DNA of 64,000 nucleotides from an uncultured Rickettsiaceae bacterium (GTDB lineage Bacteria; Pseudomonadota; Alphaproteobacteria; Rickettsiales; UBA6187): NCBI GenBank assembly GCA_964580525.1, contig CAZOKN010000004.1, positions 4,749 to 68,748 of the forward strand, read 5' to 3'. Shown piece by piece: positions 49,490 to 57,484 of this stretch (position 1 is its first letter; each line of letters starts with the position of its first letter). The notes under the pieces were generated by a model. It saw only the letters and a program-made list of their open reading frames with translations, ran no database searches and was not told where the DNA came from. The position numbers and the translations under genes were made by a program.

Positions 49490-50335
49490 ATGATAAACAG
49501 GACTTTGCTTTGTATTTTATTATTATGTTGTCTGGCTGCTTGCCGCAATTCTCCTGTTCAAAAAGATATTCCAGCTAATTATACTGATAGCTCTAAAGCT
49601 GCAGCAGATGATGAATTTCACGAGGCAAATTATAAAAAAGCTGCCGAACTATATGCAAAGTTTGCTGATAAAAACAGTAGTTCTGAAACGCTTTTTAATT
49701 ATGCAGAATCTTTGAGAATTTCAGGCAATATAGCAAAAGCGAAAGATTATTATGATATGGCGATTGCGAAAGAATCTGGAATGCTTGCTGCAATTGAAGG
49801 AAAAAGTCTTTGCTATATACAGGAAGGCAAGTTTAAAGAAGCCCAAAATTTATTGGAAGAGGTTGTATCCAGAGATGCCTCAAGATGGCGGTCGATCAAT
49901 GCTCTGGGTGTTGTTTATGCAATGAATGGCAATCTTAATAAAGCCCTGGAATATTATAATATTGCGTTGGATGTAAGTAAAAATAATCCTGCAGTTTTGA
50001 ATAATATGGCTCTTTCTTTAACATTTAGTGGTGATAAAGAGCGTGGCAAAAAGCTTTTGGAAAAAACTCTTAGCAATCTTGATTTAGCAAAAGATAAAAA
50101 ACAGAAAATTGAATATAATCTCGCGCTTATATATGGAATATCGGGAGATATGGACAAGGCTAAATCGATATTGGCCAAATATTTGCCTGAGGCAGAAGTT
50201 TATAATAATCTTGGTGTTTATGCCAAGATGGCTAAAAATGATGATTTAGCAAAAGAATATCTTAGCAAAGCCCTTTCGAGCAGTCCTGTGTATTATGATA
50301 AAGCAGGAAAAAATCTTGAGACCATTGCAAGATAA
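49490..50335 (+). CDS. TPR-repeat lipoprotein
   Basis: Lipobox LAAC. Repeated A..Y..A/L 34-residue patterns (for example ALEYYNIALDVSKNNPAVLNNMAL). The start lies 2 nt after the preceding stop. Confidence 0.7.
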   Translation: MINRTLLCILLLCCLAACRNSPVQKDIPANYTDSSKAAADDEFHEANYKKAAELYAKFADKNSSSETLFNYAESLRISGNIAKAKDYYDMAIAKESGMLAAIEGKSLCYIQEGKFKEAQNLLEEVVSRDASRWRSINALGVVYAMNGNLNKALEYYNIALDVSKNNPAVLNNMALSLTFSGDKERGKKLLEKTLSNLDLAKDKKQKIEYNLALIYGISGDMDKAKSILAKYLPEAEVYNNLGVYAKMAKNDDLAKEYLSKALSSSPVYYDKAGKNLETIAR

Positions 50336-50350
50336 AAAGCGTGGCTAGCT

Positions 50351-50932
50351 CTAGGCGGCGGGTGCGCCTACACCCCAGCCCATACCCTGACCATGTCCTC
50401 CGACTGTCGGAGTTGGAGTAGGTGAGAAAAATCCCATTGATTTACGAGGAACTGGCTCACCGCCAGTTAAGCCTGGTATGGCTGTTCCCTCAACTGCTGT
50501 AAAAGGTGTGCTGCTTGAGCTGTTAGCATTTGTTGATCCGCTTGAGCCGGAAGAAGCTGTTGCTGTGCCATCTGATCCAGAAGAAACATTTCCTCCAGAA
50601 CCTGCTAAAGCGCCATCTTTTCCATGACTGCTCAGAGTGTTTTTAAACATATCTTCTTTTGATTCAAACATATCAAAGAAGCCTTTAAGAAAGCTGTTTT
50701 CGCGCAAAGCTCCATCAAAGTATTTTAACAGGAAGCCTTTTACATTCTCAAGGCTAAAGCCTTGAGCCCATTTTTTTTCTGATAAAAACCCTGCAGCTGC
50801 GTTTAATCCTCCGCCGAACAGAGACTGCATCGCTCCGCTGAATGCGCCGGGGCCATGGGCGCCGCCATTACCAAATGCCGCACCAGAAGCGATCGCTGTA
50901 TTTAAACCCTGTTCAGGACCTGCCATAACCAA
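50351..50932 (-). CDS. hypothetical Gly/Ser/Ala-rich, probably disordered protein
   Basis: 193 aa with no signal peptide. G-rich ends flank an F/K-rich core (FLLKYFDGALRENSFLKGFFDMFESKEDMF). Lies 79 nt downstream of, and co-directional with, the kinase gene. Confidence 0.5.
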   Translation of the reverse strand: MVMAGPEQGLNTAIASGAAFGNGGAHGPGAFSGAMQSLFGGGLNAAAGFLSEKKWAQGFSLENVKGFLLKYFDGALRENSFLKGFFDMFESKEDMFKNTLSSHGKDGALAGSGGNVSSGSDGTATASSGSSGSTNANSSSSTPFTAVEGTAIPGLTGGEPVPRKSMGFFSPTPTPTVGGHGQGMGWGVGAPAA

Positions 50933-51011
50933 GCTTCTATTATTTACAAATCTACACAGTAATTATAGCACAATAAACTTAAAATGGGAAGAGGTTAGCA
51001 ATGGCTTGGAA

Positions 51012-52859
51012 TCAGTCCTTATTAAGGTTTTTTGGCAAGTTTATTATAACCTCTGTACCATTGCCAAGGCTGCTAACTATGGTTAAATTACCCCCATGTT
51101 CTTCAACCAACATTTTGGCTACCCACAGGCCGAGTCCGGTTCCCTCTGAGCTCCTCGACAAAGCATTCTTCACGTAACCAAATTTTTCAAGAATTTTAGG
51201 AATGTCCTTTTTGGCAATTCCGACACCCTGATCTTTTATCGAGAGCTCAATGTTTTTTTCTGTATCTCTCAACGAAATCAAAATTTCTGAGTTAGGGTAA
51301 GAAAATTTAATAGCATTCGACAGTATATTTATGACGATCTGTTTTATACGCATTTCATCAGCAAATATGAAAGGAATATCTGATTTTGCATTTATTTTTA
51401 TAGCTATGTTTTTATGCTCAGATTTTTCAGCTAATATTTTGATACTTTCTGTGATTATATTCTTCAAATTGATATTTGTTTTATCTAGCTCCAATTTACC
51501 AACATCTGATCTTGATAAATCAAGTAAATCACTTACCACAACAAGCAGGCTTTTACCTGCATCGTAAATATCTTTTGAATATTCAAGATATTTAGGATTA
51601 TTAACTGGTCCAAAAATTTCAGTTTTTATCATTTCAGAATAGCCAATTATTGCATTGAGTGGAGTGCGTAGCTCGTGACTCATATTGGCTAAAAAGTCTG
51701 ATTTTGCTCTGTTGGCAGATTCTGCTTCTCTTTGAGACTCTAATAATTTTTTATCTATGCGTTTTATACGTTTTATATAACTTTGAAGATAAATTAGTTT
51801 TTTAGCTAAATTTGTAGTTTCATAAGTTGGAGTTCTTGGAGCTTTTTTTACTGTCTGTCCGCGCATTATTTTATCTGCGGTATCGGATAGTTTTACTATA
51901 GGTAGTATTATGTGTTGTCTAAATAAAAATAGTAAAACCAAGAAAAAGCAGCTCATACCAGCAAGCTCAATTATTCTTGGCAAAAGGATCGAGTAAAATT
52001 CATTCGTTGTAAAAGATTTGTTAAATCCTGTTAAAATTATATAAGGGTAATTATCCATTTTATTGTAGTGAGTATAAGATACATTTTCAATTTCTATAGG
52101 GGATATAAGTTCTCCATTTTTTTTGCTAGAAAAGAATGTTTTTTTACTGAATATGTTTTTAAAGAACTGGCTTTCTGGATCAATTTTGTTATCGATTGAC
52201 TGCATAACTAGACTATAGTCAGTATCAAGTATAACATAACTAACGTGGCTGGAAGAGATAGCCTGCATTATTTTTTCAGATAGAAGCTCTATATTAAAGC
52301 CAACTACGATTGCTCCAATATAATTATCTGATTTATCTAAAATTCCTGTACCAGCAGGTATAACCCATTTGCCGCTGGGATTTCCAATGCCTGGTTTAGA
52401 GAGCTGTAAAATCCAGGGAGAAACTCTACATTTCCAAGTATAGCTTCTGTAAGACATATCTGGGGGATTTTTTACTATCCCATGTTGGCTATTAATAACT
52501 TGTCTATTATTCTTATCAACCCAATCGAATAGTGACCAAGAAAATAAGTTTGTGGCTCTGTACTGCTCACCGGAAGTTTTCTTGAATGTTGTATATATAA
52601 AATTTAGATCGGAAGGGTCTTTTTCAGCAATTTGTTTTCCCATGTACACTGATATTCTATTGGTATAATCAAATATTTCTGACAAAATACTTTCTATTCT
52701 GTCTCCTTCTGTCTCAATAATGATGGAATTGTGATTCTTGTATGAGTTGTAGATATATATACCAATAACAATTGACAATAAGAACGTCGACAATATAATC
52801 ACGCTCGCAAAGGATAAATAATCTTTATATAAAGAGTACTTTCTGTGTTTTTGGGGCAT
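51012..52859 (-). CDS. sensor histidine kinase, same architecture as 43341-45062
   Basis: H-box SHELRTPLNAIIGYSEMI, N-box NILSNAIKFS, and DQGVGI and GTGLGL. Two TM segments flank a ~260-aa external domain. No receiver domain. Confidence 0.88.
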   Translation of the reverse strand: MPQKHRKYSLYKDYLSFASVIILSTFLLSIVIGIYIYNSYKNHNSIIIETEGDRIESILSEIFDYTNRISVYMGKQIAEKDPSDLNFIYTTFKKTSGEQYRATNLFSWSLFDWVDKNNRQVINSQHGIVKNPPDMSYRSYTWKCRVSPWILQLSKPGIGNPSGKWVIPAGTGILDKSDNYIGAIVVGFNIELLSEKIMQAISSSHVSYVILDTDYSLVMQSIDNKIDPESQFFKNIFSKKTFFSSKKNGELISPIEIENVSYTHYNKMDNYPYIILTGFNKSFTTNEFYSILLPRIIELAGMSCFFLVLLFLFRQHIILPIVKLSDTADKIMRGQTVKKAPRTPTYETTNLAKKLIYLQSYIKRIKRIDKKLLESQREAESANRAKSDFLANMSHELRTPLNAIIGYSEMIKTEIFGPVNNPKYLEYSKDIYDAGKSLLVVVSDLLDLSRSDVGKLELDKTNINLKNIITESIKILAEKSEHKNIAIKINAKSDIPFIFADEMRIKQIVINILSNAIKFSYPNSEILISLRDTEKNIELSIKDQGVGIAKKDIPKILEKFGYVKNALSRSSEGTGLGLWVAKMLVEEHGGNLTIVSSLGNGTEVIINLPKNLNKD

Positions 52860-52960
52860 TTACGTCCTGGCACGATTGCTTTTTGCTATATACATTATAC
52901 ATTAGTTAATATATTAATTTCAAAAAAAATAAAGTTTATTATTAAATAGGAATTTTTGTT

Positions 52961-54427
52961 ATGCCAGTAGAGACGATAGCTCTAAGCCGAGAAAATGATG
53001 AAAGACAGAATGTTTTATCTTATCAGAATAAAGCTTACACGGATGCTTTGGATGACATAGTTGCAAAAATTGAAAAGGCAAAGAAGGATGGCCAAAATTA
53101 TATTGCTCAGGGGGTATATGAAAATTGGCTGGGAACTTTATCTGGTAAAGCAATAGATGTAGAATCACTAGCTAAATTTGCAGCGGAAAAATATTTTGCA
53201 GAACAAATTCAGACAATATCAGATAATATACCTGCCGGGCCAGCTCTGAATAATCAATTTTTCAATGAAATCTGGCTTTCTGATGAAAAATTAAATTTTG
53301 AACAAATTAAGCTTATTTTGGTTAATTATAGAGCATTGACGGATTTAACCCGTTTCTGTGTTGCAGTTGACTTTTTGGCTTCGCATGGTCAACTACAGAG
53401 TGAAACAAAAATTGCCGAAAACCTTAGCGAAGAAACTGGGGAAGGTAAGCCAGGTAGAGCTCATATAGAACTTCTTGATCAAGCGATAATAAGTATATTG
53501 GAGCGTGCAAAAGGTACAAAAATAGAAGGTGTAGAACTTAGCAATTTAAAGGAGGAACTGTTAAATGCTGCTGAGTCTTCTCTTATTTTAGAATCAACAA
53601 TTTCTGCGAGAGATTTGGAGGAGAATCTGTATACTGGAAAGTTTATTGACGGTATAGGTATAATTAATTCTTTACTTCGGGGGAAGTATTCAGTTGAGGT
53701 TGTTGCTGGAATTGCGGCGGTTGCTGCTGCACACGAAGGTAAGGCTCCTGGTATGTTAACTAAATTATTTGAAGGTGCTGTAAAATATTTTAAAGGAGGA
53801 GAGCCGCGACAAGTTCAAATTTCGGCCTTTAAGCCTTATTTTAGCGAGCATTTGGGTAGTGCTCTTGTTGATAGAGTAGTAGATAAAGTAATAGATGATG
53901 AGGAAGAAGAAGTAAGTAATAATCTGATAGAAGAAAATCGTTCAGTCAGTGGTAAAACGAGTAAACAGTTAAGAGCTGAAGGACAAGTTGAGCAGGCGCA
54001 CAGAAAAGATGCAAACGATAATGTGGTTGACAGTATATTAGAATCAAAAGGGTTTTTTGATAGGTTGAATAATTTTGTGACGGCTAAAAAAGGAATGCAA
54101 TTATTTTTAGAAGGACACGGTGCTTTTTGGAATGGTTTGGCGACAGAGATTAATAAAAAAAATAAGGAAGTAGAATCTGAAAAGCCTAAACGTCTATCGT
54201 TAGATGGTTCTGAGCTACCAGGGCAGCAGTTAAGGCGAGCTAAGTCAATGATAGATTTTAGAAGAAGTAATAGTTGGCCTCAGTATGAGAAAACTTATGA
54301 GAAAACTTGGGAGGCAAGTGTTGAGCAGGCAAGAAATGCTGAAAAAGCGAGAGAGTCTGAACAAATGAAAAAATCATTTGCTGAAAAAGCCTTAGACAGC
54401 AAACAATCTGATAAAGTTATTAACTAA
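52961..54427 (+). CDS. hypothetical protein; possibly a heme-oxygenase-like di-iron (CADD/PqqC/TenA-like) fold with a long charged C-terminal extension
   Basis: 488 aa. Motifs in CADD-like order: EETGEGKPGRAHIELL (about nt 53421-53480), AAVAAAHEG, YFSEHLG (about nt 53836-53856) and EQAHRKD. The fold call is motif-level only. Confidence 0.5.
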   Translation: MPVETIALSRENDERQNVLSYQNKAYTDALDDIVAKIEKAKKDGQNYIAQGVYENWLGTLSGKAIDVESLAKFAAEKYFAEQIQTISDNIPAGPALNNQFFNEIWLSDEKLNFEQIKLILVNYRALTDLTRFCVAVDFLASHGQLQSETKIAENLSEETGEGKPGRAHIELLDQAIISILERAKGTKIEGVELSNLKEELLNAAESSLILESTISARDLEENLYTGKFIDGIGIINSLLRGKYSVEVVAGIAAVAAAHEGKAPGMLTKLFEGAVKYFKGGEPRQVQISAFKPYFSEHLGSALVDRVVDKVIDDEEEEVSNNLIEENRSVSGKTSKQLRAEGQVEQAHRKDANDNVVDSILESKGFFDRLNNFVTAKKGMQLFLEGHGAFWNGLATEINKKNKEVESEKPKRLSLDGSELPGQQLRRAKSMIDFRRSNSWPQYEKTYEKTWEASVEQARNAEKARESEQMKKSFAEKALDSKQSDKVIN

Positions 54428-54549
54428 AAAGTTTAATTAGTAGTGTTTTTATAAATTATTCTTTGCCTAAATAACTTTATGTAGTAGTTTCCAGGTCATA
54501 CCTTCTTTATGTAGGTGGTAAATTTGTATGTCAATTTTATATTAGTTCA

Positions 54550-54945
54550 ATGCGTCCTAATTATAGCATTCTCATAGTTTCATTGTTTCTAACCATAGCG
54601 GTTTATTTTGGCTGGTATGAGTTTAATAAATCAACATTTGATAGCTTTGATTCATTAAAAATAGTCAGTACTGATGAAAAGAAATTTTATAACAGTTATG
54701 ATGTTTTCTATAAGCTTGTAAAACAGGGTAAAAACAGTCTTGTTTTTGTGGCAAAAGATAATATAGAAATCAACATTTCCAGTCCTTTGGGCGATATTCA
54801 GAAAAACCTTTCTGCAGGTGAGGCATACTTCATAAATGTGGAAGAGAATCAGAGCATTTGGGTTGATAAGCCATATTCTATGGAAGTTTTTATTAACGAC
54901 GAGGATAATACTTTTGTTGGTGTTTTTGAGGATTTGGTCAGCTAA
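54550..54945 (+). CDS. hypothetical bitopic membrane protein
   Basis: 131 aa. A single N-terminal TM segment ILIVSLFLTIAVYFGWY, then a beta-rich-looking domain. Confidence 0.5.
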   Translation: MRPNYSILIVSLFLTIAVYFGWYEFNKSTFDSFDSLKIVSTDEKKFYNSYDVFYKLVKQGKNSLVFVAKDNIEINISSPLGDIQKNLSAGEAYFINVEENQSIWVDKPYSMEVFINDEDNTFVGVFEDLVS

Positions 54946-55090
54946 TACTAAATTTCTATAGTTTCTTCAAAAACTAAACTTATCTTGCACTTGTACCCAA
55001 TTATTGTAAATTTAATAAAAATGGTTTAGGTTCTGCGTGGAGACGGCAGTTTTCGATTAATTTATACAACCCTGATAGTTGCTATTTAAC

Positions 55091-57484
55091 ATGCTGGATA
55101 AAATATTAGGTCGTAAGGCTAAGGGCGAGATCAGGCTTGAAGTTCCTGTACCTGATTTTATACCGTATGCCTGCCACTATGATCCTGGCACTATTCTCAC
55201 AAAAAATGGCGAATTACTTCAAGTTATAAAGGTTACGGGCTTTTCCAAAGAGGTAAATTCTGCAAACGATCTTGAGCTACGCTCTATGGTTCGTAAGGCT
55301 ATATTTGAAAACATTAAAAGCGATGATTTTGCGCTGTGGATTCACACAGTAAGGAGAAAGAAAAATCTTGATCCTGGAGGGGTTTTTTCATCAGGGTTTG
55401 CCGGCGGACTTAACAAATCTTGGCGTAGTAAAAATAAATTGGATGAGATGTATGTCAACGAGGTTTATGTAAGCGTTATACGTGATAGTGCTTCTGTTAA
55501 GCTTTCAAAAGGAGGCAATTTTCTGCGTTCTATGTTTTTTCTGACGCTGAAATCCCATCATGAGAAATTTCTTGAATCTACTCATAAAGAGCTATCTGCT
55601 GTTGTGGATGGGATGTTGGCTACTCTAAAGCCGTTTGGTGCGCAAAAGCTTACTGTTGTTGAACATGAAGGGGTGTTCTATTCAGAACAGCTACAATTCT
55701 TTGCGAAGTTACTTAATCTTGCCGAAGTTCCTGTTGAAGTTCCTGTTAGTGATATATCTGAATATCTGGCAACACATAGGGTTGCAATAGGCTTTAACAC
55801 TATGGAGGTTAGGGGTGCGGCAGGTAAATATTTTGGTGCTGTGTTCACAATAAAAGAATATAGAGAGCTTTCCATTGATGTTTTGGATAGTGTGCTGCAA
55901 TTGCCACAAGAGTTCATCATTACCCAAACGCTTGATTTTGTTAATAGTAAAAATGCAATAAAAGAATTTGAATATCAGCGCTATGTATTAGAAGTTAGCC
56001 GTGATGAAAAGCTAAAGGAAATACTTGGTCTTGATGATATGTTTGTTAATAGGGGCGGCATATCATTTGGCAATAGCCATATGACAATGTTTATGATAGC
56101 GGACGATGTTAGGAAGCTTGAGAATAATATAGCAGCTGCAGTTTCCAAATTGAATAAACTTGGCATAGCAGTAACACGCAGGGATTTGCGTATGGAAGAG
56201 TGTTTTTGGGCACAATTGCCTGGAAATTTCTCTTATTTGTCACGTAGAAAGCCTATAAATACCTCACGTATTGGTGGTTTTGCGTCGCTTTACAATTTTC
56301 CTGCGGGCAGAAGGTCGGGAAATTTATGGGGGCCTGCAGTTACGGTATTTTATACTACTATGGGAACGCCGTACTTTTTTAATTTTCACGAAGGTAATAA
56401 TGGCCATACAACAATCATAGGGCCTTTTGGTTCTGGTAGGACTTTGCTTTTGAATTTCCTTGTAGCGGAGTCGAGAAAATTTAACGGCAAGCTATTTTTC
56501 TTCGATTATGAGGGTGCTTCAAAAATCTTTATCAAAGCTTTGGGTGGTTCTTATAACCAAGTTTCGAACGTTGCCGGTGAGAATAATGCTTGTTTTAATC
56601 CTTTGTTATTGCCAGATAGCCTTGAAAGCAGGTCTTTTCTGAAAAAATGGATGTTTATGTTGGCACAAAGTGGAGGTACTCAAGTTAGCGATGCTGAGAA
56701 AAGCCACTTAAGCAAGTTGGTGGATTATATTTATACTTTGCCGGAAGGACAAAGGCGAATATCAGCCATAGCCAAGTCTTTTGGGGCTATATCCCCAGGT
56801 TCATTGGGGGAGAGAATGGCGCTATGGTATGGACAAGGTAAATATGCCCATCTTTTTGATAATGATCGCAAGGAGATAGCTTTACTTGCAACTGGAGTGA
56901 ATGGATTTGGTGTTGACCAGCTTGTTGATGATAAGTTTACCCGTGCTCCGGTTATTTCTTATCTTTTGCATAAAATAGAAATGTCATTGAGTGGGGTACC
57001 TACAATCATTGTACTTGATGAGTCTTGGAAGCTGCTGGATAATTCTATGTTTACGCCAGATATATCGGAATGGTTGGATAGATTGAAGAAAAAGAACGCA
57101 ATAGTTATATTCGTTGCGGAGGATTTACCTAGCAGCAGAGATGATGGAATTACTGAAGTTATAAGCAAAAAGGTGGCAACTCAGATATTTACCCCTAATG
57201 TAGAAGCTGAGGATTCTAAGGCTGTTTATAAAGAAATTTGGGGCTTTTCTGACCAAGAATTTGATATTTTTACCAGAGCAAGATCAGATAAAAAGCACTT
57301 TATGATACGGCAAGGAGGCAATACCGTGGTTGCCAGCGTTGATTTAAACGGCTTACAGGAAGTGTATGTCTTGTCAGGCGGCGGGAAAACTGCTACAATG
57401 GTTGAGAAAGTAATAGCGGAGATAGGGGACAATCCTGCGGATTGGTTGCCTGTTTTTTACGAGAGGGTTAAGCAGAATGCCTAA
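55091..57484 (+). CDS. virB4: type IV secretion system ATPase VirB4 (CagE/TrbE/VirB4 family), atypical P-loop
   Basis: 797 aa from ATG 55091. N-terminus DFIPYACHYDPGTILTKNGELLQVIKVTGF. The P-loop reads GPFGSGRT (nt 56420-56443). Walker B is TIIVLDESWKLLD. Confidence 0.88.
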   Translation: MLDKILGRKAKGEIRLEVPVPDFIPYACHYDPGTILTKNGELLQVIKVTGFSKEVNSANDLELRSMVRKAIFENIKSDDFALWIHTVRRKKNLDPGGVFSSGFAGGLNKSWRSKNKLDEMYVNEVYVSVIRDSASVKLSKGGNFLRSMFFLTLKSHHEKFLESTHKELSAVVDGMLATLKPFGAQKLTVVEHEGVFYSEQLQFFAKLLNLAEVPVEVPVSDISEYLATHRVAIGFNTMEVRGAAGKYFGAVFTIKEYRELSIDVLDSVLQLPQEFIITQTLDFVNSKNAIKEFEYQRYVLEVSRDEKLKEILGLDDMFVNRGGISFGNSHMTMFMIADDVRKLENNIAAAVSKLNKLGIAVTRRDLRMEECFWAQLPGNFSYLSRRKPINTSRIGGFASLYNFPAGRRSGNLWGPAVTVFYTTMGTPYFFNFHEGNNGHTTIIGPFGSGRTLLLNFLVAESRKFNGKLFFFDYEGASKIFIKALGGSYNQVSNVAGENNACFNPLLLPDSLESRSFLKKWMFMLAQSGGTQVSDAEKSHLSKLVDYIYTLPEGQRRISAIAKSFGAISPGSLGERMALWYGQGKYAHLFDNDRKEIALLATGVNGFGVDQLVDDKFTRAPVISYLLHKIEMSLSGVPTIIVLDESWKLLDNSMFTPDISEWLDRLKKKNAIVIFVAEDLPSSRDDGITEVISKKVATQIFTPNVEAEDSKAVYKEIWGFSDQEFDIFTRARSDKKHFMIRQGGNTVVASVDLNGLQEVYVLSGGGKTATMVEKVIAEIGDNPADWLPVFYERVKQNA

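Noticed and set aside
49490-50335. The TPR lipoprotein, considered as TadD of a Flp/Tad pilus locus.
   Set aside because: No flp, cpaA/tadV, rcpA/cpaC or tadA/B/C genes lie nearby. The only pilin-like gene is 38 kb away. TPR lipoproteins are too generic for that call.
54550-54945. The small membrane protein directly upstream of virB4, considered as a candidate VirB3.
   Set aside because: VirB3 proteins have two closely spaced TM helices and are about 95-110 aa. This ORF has one N-terminal TM segment followed by a ~100-aa soluble, beta-rich-looking domain. A faint resemblance to the RodZ C-terminal (DUF4115) pattern is too weak to call.
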